A stretch of 64,000 nucleotides of DNA from an uncultured Alphaproteobacteria bacterium (GCA_963822835.1 CAWGIZ010000012.1:76382-140381), one strand, 5' to 3'; numbered from the stretch's first letter, positions 21,337-33,700 are shown. Numbers and translations: made by a program. The notes: generated by a model not told the origin, from the sequence alone.

Positions 21337-21703
21337 ACAGTTAGATTTTTCTATAATCGCTATTTATTATGCATCGAAAGATAATAATGATAAATCTATT
21401 GAATACATATCGAAGATAGAAAAATATCTAAATAATGAAAAAGATATTCGAATTTTTCAAAAATACGTATTATATAAATATATTTCTTTGTGTTACGACG
21501 TTATGAATAACGAGGAGAAAAGAGCGTATTATATAGAAAAAACAGCGAAGTATATGTTCGATGTAGGTCAGTACCGAGCGGCTGCATCGGAATATAATGA
21601 TCTATACCATCTATACAGAGAGAAGGATGACGCTCTCTCTAATAAATATAAGGACCTCTATCGTCTTTCGATATGTAAGGCGTTGCACAATGCCACCTGC
21701 TAG
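21299..21703 (+). CDS. hypothetical helical (TPR-like) protein (islet ORF 2)
   Basis: 134 codons are open in DNA of roughly 13-38% GC per 60-nt line, where stop codons should be frequent. The product is K/Y/E/N-rich with TPR-like spacing (AYYIEKTAKYMFDVGQYRAAASEYNDLYHLY). It overlaps ORF 1 by 38 nt in another frame and could be fused to it if an indel lies in 21293-21336. Confidence 0.45.
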   Translation: MEIMIEPVWEATKQLDFSIIAIYYASKDNNDKSIEYISKIEKYLNNEKDIRIFQKYVLYKYISLCYDVMNNEEKRAYYIEKTAKYMFDVGQYRAAASEYNDLYHLYREKDDALSNKYKDLYRLSICKALHNATC

Positions 21704-21812
21704 AGCGTGAAAGTTTATCGTTCACACCAATGCTCGCGGCCTTTCGGCCAATCTCTCTAACAGGCTAAGTGAGGCAGAGCGGGCTTCGAGCAAATCCTAT
21801 GTATTGCAAGAT

Positions 21813-23336
21813 CTACTGTCCCCGCGTCCGCATCGATGCAAAGCGCATCGCTTCCTCTGCCGCGCGGAACAGGGCCCGCGCCTTGTGGCGGCATTCCTGA
21901 TATTCGCTTTCGGGGACGGAGTCCGCGACGATGCCGGCGCCGGCCTGGGCGTATAGGGTGCCGTCTTTCAGAATGGCGGTCCGGAGGGCGATGGCGCTGT
22001 CCATTTGGCCGTTGGCGGAGAAATAGCCGACCGCGCCGGCATAGACGCCGCGCTTTTCCTTCTCCAACTCGTCGATGATCTGCATCGCGCGGACCTTGGG
22101 CGCGCCGCTGACCGTGCCGGCGGGGAAGCCGCCCACAAGCGCGTCGATGCCGTCATATTTCGGATCGATCTCGCCCTCGACATTCGAGACGATGTGCATG
22201 ACGTGGGAATAGAGCTCGATGAAGTTCTTGTCGGTGACCTTCACGGTGCCGATCTTGGCGACACGGCCGACATCGTTGCGGCCGAGATCCAGCAGCATCA
22301 GGTGCTCGGCGAGCTCCTTGGGATCGGAGAGCAGGCTTTCCGCCAGCGCGCGGTCCTCGGCGGGCGTCGCGCCGCGTGGACGCGTTCCGGCGATCGGACG
22401 GATGGTGACCGTCCCGTCGCGCAGCCGGACGAGAATTTCGGGGCTGGAGCCGACGATCGAGAAATCCTCGAATGCCAGATAATACATATAGGGCGAGGGA
22501 TTGATCCGGCGCAGCGTCCGGTAATAGGTGAAATGCGGCAGCGTGAACGGCACCTCGAAACGCTGCGACAGCACGACCTGGAAGATGTCTCCCGCGCCGA
22601 TATAGTCCCGCGCGCGCTCCACCATGCGAACATATTCGTCATGCGTGGTGTTCGAGACCGGCTCCGGCAGGTCGCCGAGATCGGCGATTTCCTCGTGCCC
22701 GTGGGGCAGGGGCTTGTCGAGAGCGTGCACCGCGTCGTCGAGGCGTTCGCAGGCGCGGCTATACGCGACCTTGGCGGAAACGCCCGCCTCCGGGCGCACC
22801 GGCGTGATGACGATGATCTCGTTCTTCACGGAATCGAAGATCGCCATGATCGTCGGCCGGACCAGCAGGGAGTCCGGGATGCCGTCGATCGGCGCGGGCT
22901 TGGGATTGGGCAGGTGCTCCATCTGGCGCACCATGTCGTAGCCCATATAGCCCACCATGCCGGCCGCCATCGGCGGATAGCCCTCGGGAATTTCTATGGC
23001 CAATTCCGCCAGGATCTTCCGCAGCGAGACGAGCGGCGGATCGGTGTCGTCGACGAAGGTTCTGGTGTCGGCCCGGGCGTGACGGTTTACCGAGGCGGTC
23101 GAACCGATACAGCGCCAGATCAGATCGGGCCTGATGCCGATGATAGAGTAACGCCCCTGAACCGCGCCGCCTTCGACGGAATCCAGCAGGAAGGTGTTCT
23201 GCTCTCCCTCGGCCAGCTTCAGCATCGCGGAGACGGGCGTCTCCAGATCCGCGACGAGCGTCGTCGAGACGACCTGCGGCCGTCCGGCCTCGTAAGGCCC
23301 GGCGAAATCGTCGAAGCTGGGCGTGAAGGACATCAC
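21813..23336 (-). CDS. trpE: anthranilate synthase component I
   Basis: Intact 507-aa ORF with LLDSVEGG, PSPYMYY, GTVSGAPKVRAMQII and GAGIVADS. Confidence 0.95.
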   Translation of the reverse strand: MMSFTPSFDDFAGPYEAGRPQVVSTTLVADLETPVSAMLKLAEGEQNTFLLDSVEGGAVQGRYSIIGIRPDLIWRCIGSTASVNRHARADTRTFVDDTDPPLVSLRKILAELAIEIPEGYPPMAAGMVGYMGYDMVRQMEHLPNPKPAPIDGIPDSLLVRPTIMAIFDSVKNEIIVITPVRPEAGVSAKVAYSRACERLDDAVHALDKPLPHGHEEIADLGDLPEPVSNTTHDEYVRMVERARDYIGAGDIFQVVLSQRFEVPFTLPHFTYYRTLRRINPSPYMYYLAFEDFSIVGSSPEILVRLRDGTVTIRPIAGTRPRGATPAEDRALAESLLSDPKELAEHLMLLDLGRNDVGRVAKIGTVKVTDKNFIELYSHVMHIVSNVEGEIDPKYDGIDALVGGFPAGTVSGAPKVRAMQIIDELEKEKRGVYAGAVGYFSANGQMDSAIALRTAILKDGTLYAQAGAGIVADSVPESEYQECRHKARALFRAAEEAMRFASMRTRGQ

Positions 23337-23355
23337 TGGTTCCCGAAAGGCCGCC

Positions 23356-25296
23356 TTACTGCGAGCTTTCGCTCATCTGGCTGAGCGCCTGTTTGACGAT
23401 CGTGTTGTCGACCTTCACGCCCAGATCCTTCCGGATATGGTTCTGATATTCCTCGATCAGGTCGTTCGCCATTTGCTCGGAGATCATGTTGGCGAGTTCG
23501 GTGACATCCTTGGCGTTCGCGGTCGGGCTCGGGGTAAGGATCTCCTTCACCTTGAACAGGACGTAACCCTTGCCATCCGGTGCGGCGCCCCAGCCGGCCT
23601 TGTCCTGCTCGGTCGAGAAGATCTCGTTGAGCAGGGCCTGACTGACGTAATCCTCCGTGACCGAGCCGTCGCGCAGCAACGGCTTGGATGTCACGACCTT
23701 GCCGCCAGCCGTGGTGGCGACCGTCGCGAGGTTCTTTTCCTTGCCGGCCCACTCGGTCAGCGATTTCGCACGGTCCTGCGCCATTTCACGCTGCTTCTGC
23801 TGCTTCCAGGACGCGATGACCTGATCCTTGACCGTGTCCAGCGGCTTCGGTTTGCTCGGCGTGATGCCGTCCACCTTGATGATGAAATAGTCGTTGTTGC
23901 CGCCGTCCGTCAGCTCGAGATCGTCGCCCGGCCGCGCGTTGAACGCGAATTCCAGGAATTTCGATGACGCCGGCACTCCCGGTACAGCTGTGCCCGCCTG
24001 GTTCGTGCCGGTGCGGTCGATCTCGTCGATCTTCTTGATCGGGAGCGAAAGCTTGTCGGCGATTTCCTGCAGATTGGCGCCGCCGGCGAGCTGGTCCTCG
24101 ATCTTGCTGAGCAGGCTGTAGAGCGCGTCCGTCGCCTTTTCCGTGGCGAGTTCCTTGCGAAGGTCGTCCTTCACCTCATCGAAGGTCTTGCCGCCGCCCG
24201 AAATGGTCGAGAGCACATGGACCACGATCCAGTTGCCGAACACGTTCTTGACCGGCTTGGTGACGCCGCCGGCCGGAACATTGAAGGCCTCCAGCGCGGC
24301 GTCCTCGCCGAGCTGCTGCTGGACCTCGTTCTTCGTCATCGCCTCGAGCTTCATGTCGCTCTGGTTGGTGGCGTTGAACTGGGCGGCGGCCTTGGCGAAG
24401 TCCTCGCCGCCGGCAACCGCTGCCTGAGCCTTCTTCGCGGTGTCCTCGTCGAGGAAGTTCATGACCTCCAGACGGCGCTTCTCGCCGGGCATGTATTGCG
24501 CCTTGCGGGAATCATAGAGCTCGTGGAGCGCCTGGTCGGTCACCGCGACCTCGGACATGGTGGTCGCGGGGCTGAGCGCGACGAAGCTCAGCGTCCGGTA
24601 TTCCGGCGCGGTGAAGCGGGAGATGTGGTCGTCGTAATAGGCCTTGACCGTCGCCTCGTCGGGGTCGGGAACGGCCGAGATCGTGTCGTTGGGCAGATAG
24701 GCGAGATCCACGACCCGCTTCTGTTCGCGGTACTTGTAGAGCGCGTCGACAAGCGTCTTCGGGGCCTTGCGACCGCCGATCAGGGCGTCGATCAGATATT
24801 CGCGCGCGATGTCGTAGCGCGTCTGCTGTTCGAACTGCGCCTGGCTCAGGCCTAGCTGCTGGAGGATGCCGTCGTAACGTATCCTGCTGAATCCGCCGAC
24901 ACCGTCGTTGAACATCGGCTGGCTGCGGATGTAATCGGCGACCTGCTTGTCGGACACGCGCAGTCCCATGCCATAGGCCTGCTGGTCGAAGGCGGTGCGC
25001 GTGATCATGCGCTGGAGCACCTGATCGTCGAGCCCGGCCGCGATGGCGGTCTGCGCCGTGAACTGCGGCCCGACGCTTTGCTGCCAGGCGCGCAGCTGGC
25101 GCTGGAATTCGCCCAGGAACGAGTTGGTCGTTATCTCCGTATCGCCGACCTTGGCGACCACATCCGACCGCAAGCCCGTGCGGAAGATGTCCTGAATGCC
25201 CCATATCGCGAAGCTGAGGATCAGAATGAAGAAGAGGGTCCCGGCGACCGCCTTGCCGATGGTGCCCTTCATGGAATTGCGAATAGAGTTAAGCAT
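23356..25296 (-). CDS. membrane-anchored peptidyl-prolyl isomerase / chaperone (PpiD-like, SurA-N plus PpiC domains)
   Basis: Intact 646-aa ORF with an N-terminal anchor (GTLFFILILSFAIWG) and a long SurA-like helical region. It sits in the conserved position next to trpE and tpiA. Confidence 0.8.
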   Translation of the reverse strand: MLNSIRNSMKGTIGKAVAGTLFFILILSFAIWGIQDIFRTGLRSDVVAKVGDTEITTNSFLGEFQRQLRAWQQSVGPQFTAQTAIAAGLDDQVLQRMITRTAFDQQAYGMGLRVSDKQVADYIRSQPMFNDGVGGFSRIRYDGILQQLGLSQAQFEQQTRYDIAREYLIDALIGGRKAPKTLVDALYKYREQKRVVDLAYLPNDTISAVPDPDEATVKAYYDDHISRFTAPEYRTLSFVALSPATTMSEVAVTDQALHELYDSRKAQYMPGEKRRLEVMNFLDEDTAKKAQAAVAGGEDFAKAAAQFNATNQSDMKLEAMTKNEVQQQLGEDAALEAFNVPAGGVTKPVKNVFGNWIVVHVLSTISGGGKTFDEVKDDLRKELATEKATDALYSLLSKIEDQLAGGANLQEIADKLSLPIKKIDEIDRTGTNQAGTAVPGVPASSKFLEFAFNARPGDDLELTDGGNNDYFIIKVDGITPSKPKPLDTVKDQVIASWKQQKQREMAQDRAKSLTEWAGKEKNLATVATTAGGKVVTSKPLLRDGSVTEDYVSQALLNEIFSTEQDKAGWGAAPDGKGYVLFKVKEILTPSPTANAKDVTELANMISEQMANDLIEEYQNHIRKDLGVKVDNTIVKQALSQMSESSQ

Positions 25297-25548
25297 CGCC
25301 TTGATCTGATTCCGTAAAATGTTCGCGAATAGCTAAATCCCGGCCCGGTCGCCATCGACCGTCCGGTAGCGTTGGGCGGCATCATAGTGATGGCGATTTG
25401 CCCCCGGCAACACGCTACCGTCGTGCGGTCCCGCCCGGTTAAAGCTCTGTTGGCAAATTGCCGGGATCATTGTTAGATCGACGCGAGGGGCGCGCCGGTA
25501 TCCGCACGGTCCGCCAGGCTGGACCAATTCCGAAAGATTCAATTCACG

Positions 25549-26484
25549 ATGAGCACTGCGAAAACGCCGCGCCCGCTGGTGGCCGGAAACTGGAAAATGA
25601 ACGGTTTGAAGGCCAGCGCGGCCGAAATCGGTGGCCTGGCCGAACGTCTCGCGGGGCCGGCAAAGCCCGGTTGCGAGACGCTCGTCTGTCCGCCGGCGAC
25701 CCTGCTGTCGACATTCGCGCCGCTCACCGCCGCCGCGGGCATCGGGCTCGGGGCCCAGGATTGCCATGCCAAGGCGTCCGGCGCGCATACCGGCGATATC
25801 AGCGCCGAGATGCTGAAGGATATCGGTTGCTCCTATGTCATCGTCGGCCATTCGGAGCGCCGGGCCGACCACGGCGAGACCAACGAAATCGTGCGCGCCA
25901 AGGCGGAAGCCGCCCATCGGGCCGGACTGATCGCGATCATCTGTATCGGCGAGACCGAGGCGGAGCGCGATGCGGGCAAGACGCTGGCCGTCGTGGCGAA
26001 CCAGATCAAGGGATCCGTGCCGGCGGCCGCGAGCGCCGAAAACACGGTCATTGCCTACGAGCCGGTCTGGGCGATCGGAACGGGCCGGACGCCGAGCACG
26101 GCCGACGTCGCTGAGGTTCACGCGTTGATCCGCAAGGAGCTTTCGGGCCTGCTGGGCGAAAGCGCCGGGGCAATGCGCATTCTTTACGGGGGCTCGGTGA
26201 AGCCGTCGAATGCGAAGGAACTCATGGCCGTACCAAATGTCGACGGCGCGCTTGTCGGCGGCGCCAGCCTCAAGGCGGCCGATTTCTGGGGAATTGTGGA
26301 GGCTTATCTTAAGGCCTTACAAACCGGATCAGTTCATCGCGAACGTTACGCCCGCCCTCACCTTGAAAGCCGAAGTGTGCGCGCCGGTCAGATGCGTGGT
26401 CATACCATCGATCGAGACCTGATCGCCGGTATAGGGATTGTAGGGGGCGCCCACGCTCGACCAGTAGGAGTAGCCACCGCCTAG
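25549..26484 (+). CDS. tpiA: triose-phosphate isomerase (ORF runs ~55 codons past the expected C-terminus)
   Basis: Motifs are [28 protein letters not shown] and YGGSVKP. The homologous sequence ends around ..[12 protein letters not shown] (nt ~26305). The rest overlaps the convergent OMP gene, so the stop was probably lost through a 1-nt indel (a TAA at 26306-26308 would come into frame). Confidence 0.9.
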   Translation: MSTAKTPRPLVAGNWKMNGLKASAAEIGGLAERLAGPAKPGCETLVCPPATLLSTFAPLTAAAGIGLGAQDCHAKASGAHTGDISAEMLKDIGCSYVIVGHSERRADHGETNEIVRAKAEAAHRAGLIAIICIGETEAERDAGKTLAVVANQIKGSVPAAASAENTVIAYEPVWAIGTGRTPSTADVAEVHALIRKELSGLLGESAGAMRILYGGSVKPSNAKELMAVPNVDGALVGGASLKAADFWGIVEAYLKALQTGSVHRERYARPHLESRSVRAGQMRGHTIDRDLIAGIGIVGGAHARPVGVATA

Positions 26485-27560
26485 CGACACGCTGACCCGA
26501 TCGTTCAGCGGCATGGCAATTCCTGCGCTGATCTCGCCGTGGAAGGCGATTTTGTTGTCGCTTTCCCTGAACGTGAGGGTGAAATCGTCGTCCGGCGCAC
26601 CTGTGAAATTATTCGTGTTGTGCTCCAGCGAGTGAAGCGAGCTGTCGCGGTAATACCCGCCGCATAAGCCATCACGAAAGGCCGGACGCTGTTGCCCCCG
26701 AATTCCGTCGAAAAGCGAAGCCCGAGTTCGAACTGGTCCTCGCTCACCTTCTGATCCCGGGTTTGCGCCAGGGTGGCGATGAAGCCGCCGAGATCGACCT
26801 GGGACCCGAAAGTACCGGTATATTTGGCTTTGTTATGGACCCAGGTGCCCTCGATATAGGCCTGCAAGGCCATATGGCCGAAGGGGTCGGTGTCGAGGAG
26901 CCGGTAGTTCGCTCCGAGGGAGTAGCTCTCGAAATTATAGGCCATGCTCCCGTCGCCCTCGGTCACACCGGCGATGCCGGAAGATCCGCTCGGACTCAGG
27001 GCTCCATAAACAATGCCGGTGTCCAGGCCGCGGATGCTGGCCACCTCGTGGCCGTCACCTTTGGCATAGCTGACCGCAGCCTGGAACTTGTCCAGCGCCA
27101 GACTGCCGGCGAAATCCATAATCGTGATCGTTCTGGGCGAGGTAATGGCCGGAAATTCCGGCGCGACGCCGGGGGCGCCGTCGCGGACAAAGCCAATGCC
27201 GGTAACGGGCACCCGTGCGCGTTCGACGCCGCCGCTGATCGTCGCCAACCGGGCGATCCGCCTGATCGCGTCGTCGCTGCGGCGCTCGATATCGACCGTG
27301 GTGATCGGGCTCACGGGGCTGACGGTTTCGCGGGTGAGCATGTGGCGGGCCACGACGACGTTTTTTTCCGTCGTCTCTTCCGTTTCCGGAGCGGACATAA
27401 AGATGCCGCTTTCCAACGTGTCGTCATGACGCTCGTTCAGGGAACTCACGAAGGTTTCGGCGTCCTCGTCTGCCGCGAAGGCGGCCGGGGAGAGTGGAAA
27501 AGAAAGGGTGCCGATAGCTATAGCCGTCAGGGTTTGCCGCACAACGTCCTCCATTTCCAA
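26329..27560 (-). pseudogene. outer-membrane beta-barrel protein, autotransporter-beta-domain-like; one frameshift near 26670
   Basis: The signal peptide is TAIAIGTLSFPLSPAAFA/ADED, followed by an acidic N-terminal region and then alternating beta-strand-type sequence. ORF 26505..27560 continues as ..[65 protein letters not shown].. in the frame of ORF 26329..26514. The family call is tentative. Confidence 0.55.
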
Positions 27561-27793
27561 GCCATTTCATTGCTGGATAGCACCTGCCTTTAGGAGGCGC
27601 CTCATCCGATAGGATGAGAAAATGCCCAGAATGGCCGAATTCTCTGCTATGATGACGATATGGATCACGCATCGGGACTGCGGCGGGATCTCGAACCTTT
27701 GTGAGCGGGCGGAGAATCCTGTCCGCGGCCCTAGCCATTGCTTGTTTCCTGGTGTAAAAGCGGCCCAACCTAGTTGGGAGAGCGTTAGGTCCG

Positions 27794-28217
27794 ATGCAGG
27801 AAGTCATTCTTATTGTTCATATTATTGTGGCGGTCGTTATGGTCGTCCTGATCCTGTTGCAGCGCTCCGAGGGCGGGGCCCTCGGAATCGGCGGCGGCGG
27901 CGGGGTAGGCGGCCTGATGTCTTCTCGGGGAGCGGCCAATCTGCTGACCCGTACGACGGCCATCCTTGCCGGAGTGTTCTTCCTTACCAGCGTCGTGCTG
28001 ACGGTGATGTCCAAGGCTCGACCGTGAGCGAATCGGTGCTCGATACGGCCGCTCCGCAAGCCCAGCAACAGCAGGCGCCGGCGCCCGCGACGGGCGGTTC
28101 CTCGACCAGGTCAACACGGCCTTGCCGAAATCGGCGCCGGAAACGCCGGGTACCGCGCCCGCGCCGGCGGCGCCCAGCGGATCCTCTGACGAACCCCAAG
28201 TCCCGATCGCAAAGTGA
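27794..28217 (+). pseudogene. secG: preprotein translocase subunit SecG, two frameshifts in the low-complexity tail
   Basis: ORF 27794..28027 gives the two-TM core (MQEVILIVHIIVAVVMVVLILLQRSEGGALG..LLTRTTAILAGVFFLTSVVL). The tail continues as TVSESVLDTAAPQAQQQQAPAPATGGSS (shift ~28020) and then LDQVNTALPKSAPETPGTAPAPAAPSGSSDEPQVPIAK (shift ~28105) to TGA 28215-28217. Confidence 0.8.
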
Positions 28218-28349
28218 TCGGCAGTAGGCCGCGCGCCCGAGTCGGGCGGTGCGGCGGGCTTCGTGCGGTGATTGCGCGCGGCGCGCAGGCGGCAGATTTT
28301 ATCGGCTTTCCGTTTCCTGTTCGCCGGTGAGGCGTTTGATGTATAGTGA

Positions 28350-29986
<1,637 letters not shown>

Positions 29987-30000
29987 CCAGGCCCATCCCG

Positions 30001-30492
30001 ATGCCCAAGATACGCCCCGTTCTGGCGAAAGACCGAGCCGCCTGGCTGGCGATGTGGGCGGATTACTGCGCGTTCTACAACGCGGTGGTGCCCGAGGAGG
30101 TGACGGAAGGAACCTGGGCGCGGCTGCTGGAAAAGGGCACGACGGTCTGTTGCCTGATCGCCGAGGACAAGGGCAAGCCGGTGGGCTTCGCGAATTACGT
30201 GCTGCACGATTACACGTGGGGGCTCAACCCCCTTTGCTATCTCGAGGACCTGTTCGTCATCGAGGAGGCGCGCGGCAAGGATGTCGGGCACGCGCTCATC
30301 TCGCATCTCGTCGAGTTGGCGGAAACCGAACACTGGGACCGTGTCTACTGGCACACCCAGGAGGGCAATGCCCGCGCGCGCCGGCTTTACGACCGCTTCA
30401 CCCCGGCGGACGACTTCGTCCGCTATCGCATCCAGATCTTAGGCAATAAACAACCTTCTGAAGGCATAAACTCCGGTCCCACCGGAAGATGA
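30001..30492 (+). CDS. GNAT-family N-acetyltransferase
   Basis: ATG 30001 (MPKIRPVLAKDRAAWLAMW..). The acetyl-CoA binding core is LEDLFVIEEARGKDVGHALISHL..ARRLYDRF. Track ORF 29875..30492 includes upstream read-through. Confidence 0.75.
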   Translation: MPKIRPVLAKDRAAWLAMWADYCAFYNAVVPEEVTEGTWARLLEKGTTVCCLIAEDKGKPVGFANYVLHDYTWGLNPLCYLEDLFVIEEARGKDVGHALISHLVELAETEHWDRVYWHTQEGNARARRLYDRFTPADDFVRYRIQILGNKQPSEGINSGPTGR

Positions 30493-31791
<1,299 letters not shown>

Positions 31792-31901
31792 TCCGGGGAA
31801 GGGCGGAACGCGGGATTGCCGGTTAACCACAAATCTGTGGCGTCCGGCCCCGTTCCAAACTAGACTTCGGGCAAATCATCAAACGAGTTGGCCACTGGTC
31901 A

Positions 31902-33227
31902 ATGGGGGACGTCATGACCTTCTCGAGTAAGCTTAAAGCAGTTGTTTTCGCCGCCGCCGTGCCTGCGGCCCTTTTTGTGACCGTTTCGGCGAGCGCTCAG
32001 GGCGTGCAGATGTCGCGCGGCGAATATGTCGCGCGGCTCGCCAATTGCATCGCGTGTCACTCAACGCCGGACGGTGCGCCGTTTGCCGGCGGTCTGAAGA
32101 TGAACGTGCCGATGCTCGGCAACATCTACACGACCAACATCACGCCCGATAAGGAAACCGGCATCGGGAACTACTCCTACGAAGATTTCGAAAAGGCCAT
32201 GCGGGACGGCGTCGCGAAGGACGGCCATCATCTCTATCCCGCGATGCCTTATCCCTCCTACGCCAAGATGTCGGATGACGACATCCACGCGCTGTACGAC
32301 TTCTTCATGAACGAGGTGAAGCCGGTCAATCAGGCCAACAAGCCCGATGAGATCACCGGCTGGCGGAATGTCCGCTGGGCGCTCGGCATCTGGAACACAC
32401 TGTTCCTCGACAGCGGCGCCTACAAGGAGAAGTCCGGCAAGGACGCCGCCTGGAACCGTGGCGCCTATCTGGTTCAGGGCGCGGGCCACTGCGGCGCCTG
32501 CCACACGCCGCGCGGGCTGTTTTTCCAGGAAAAGGGCCTGGACGAGAGCGAGAGCGCCTTCCTGTCCGGCGCGCCGCTGGATAACTGGTCGTCGCCGAGC
32601 CTCAATGGCGACATCAATTCCGGTCTCGGCCGCTGGTCGGAGCAGGATATCGTCGATTTCCTGAAGAACGGCCGCAATCCGCACGGCACGGCCTTCGGCA
32701 CCATGGTCGAGGTGGTGAACAACAGCACCTCCTACATGACCGACGAGGACCTGAAGGCGATGGCGGTCTATCTGAAGTCGCTGCCGCCGGAGAAGGAAAA
32801 GGGCGCGACGGCCTACGCCTATGACAACGGCACGACCGAGCAGCTCAGCCAGCTGAAATTCGACGGTCCGGGCGCGGTCACCTATTATCAGTACTGCGTC
32901 TCCTGCCATCTCTACGACGGCAAGGGACAGGGCCTGTATCATCCAGGCCTTGCGGGCAACCCCGTGGTGCTGGATCAGGATCCGAGCTCGCTGATCAACC
33001 TGACGCTCAATGGTTCGCTTCGGGTGATTTCCAGCGGCAAGCCGCATGCCTACGGGATGCCGTTCTTCCGGCTGCTGCGCAACGACGAGCAGATCGCCGA
33101 CGTGCTGACCTTCATCCGCAAGGGATGGGGCAACAACGCGCCGGCCGTGACGCCCGAGCAGGTTGCCAAGATCCGCGCGGACACGGACCCGACCCGCAAC
33201 GACATCGTCGTCCTGAAGATGAAATAA
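31902..33227 (+). CDS. tri-haem cytochrome c (cytochrome subunit type of membrane-bound alcohol/gluconate dehydrogenases)
   Basis: Intact 441-aa ORF with a signal peptide (..VSASA/QG) and three CxxCH motifs (CIACH, CGACH, CVSCH). An alternative start is ATG 31914, preceded by GGGGGA. Confidence 0.85.
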   Translation: MGDVMTFSSKLKAVVFAAAVPAALFVTVSASAQGVQMSRGEYVARLANCIACHSTPDGAPFAGGLKMNVPMLGNIYTTNITPDKETGIGNYSYEDFEKAMRDGVAKDGHHLYPAMPYPSYAKMSDDDIHALYDFFMNEVKPVNQANKPDEITGWRNVRWALGIWNTLFLDSGAYKEKSGKDAAWNRGAYLVQGAGHCGACHTPRGLFFQEKGLDESESAFLSGAPLDNWSSPSLNGDINSGLGRWSEQDIVDFLKNGRNPHGTAFGTMVEVVNNSTSYMTDEDLKAMAVYLKSLPPEKEKGATAYAYDNGTTEQLSQLKFDGPGAVTYYQYCVSCHLYDGKGQGLYHPGLAGNPVVLDQDPSSLINLTLNGSLRVISSGKPHAYGMPFFRLLRNDEQIADVLTFIRKGWGNNAPAVTPEQVAKIRADTDPTRNDIVVLKMK

Positions 33228-33229
33228 CC

Positions 33230-33250
33230 GAGGGGGCTTCACGCCCCCTC
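33230..33250 (+). terminator. rho-independent-type terminator after the cytochrome c gene
   Basis: gagggggc (33230-37) ttcac gccccctc (33243-50), followed by atttcatcat. Confidence 0.6.
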
Positions 33251-33385
33251 ATTTCATCATCTGATGTAGCGCGCTCCTTCGCGGGCGCGCGTTCAGCTTC
33301 ACATCGATGCTGTCTTTGACGCACGCGATCCGGCGGGCCATCATGGCGTGCGCCCGCCAGTCCCGATAAACGGCCGGAATCGACC

Positions 33386-33700
33386 ATGCTCAAAATGCCG
33401 CTCGCCGACGCCATCCGACAGCTCGATCGCCACGCGACCGATCGCTACCGGGTGCTTGATCACGGCGACTGGAATTTCGGCATCTACCGTCCCGACGATC
33501 CGGCCTCGCAAATCCCCAACGACAAGGACGCGCTCTATGTCGTCGCGGTGGGCGAGGGGATGTTCTTCTACGACGGCGAGCGCCAGAAATTCGAACCCGG
33601 CGACGCCTTCTTCGTCCCCGCCGGCATGGTCCACCGCTTCGAGGACACCGGCCCGGACTTCACCACATGGGTGATCTTCTTCGGCTCACGGGCGCATTGA
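33386..33700 (+). CDS. cupin domain protein
   Basis: 104-aa ORF with a pattern typical of small cupins (..YVVAVGEGMFFYDGERQKFEPGDAFFVPAGMVHRFEDTG..). Confidence 0.7.
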   Translation: MLKMPLADAIRQLDRHATDRYRVLDHGDWNFGIYRPDDPASQIPNDKDALYVVAVGEGMFFYDGERQKFEPGDAFFVPAGMVHRFEDTGPDFTTWVIFFGSRAH

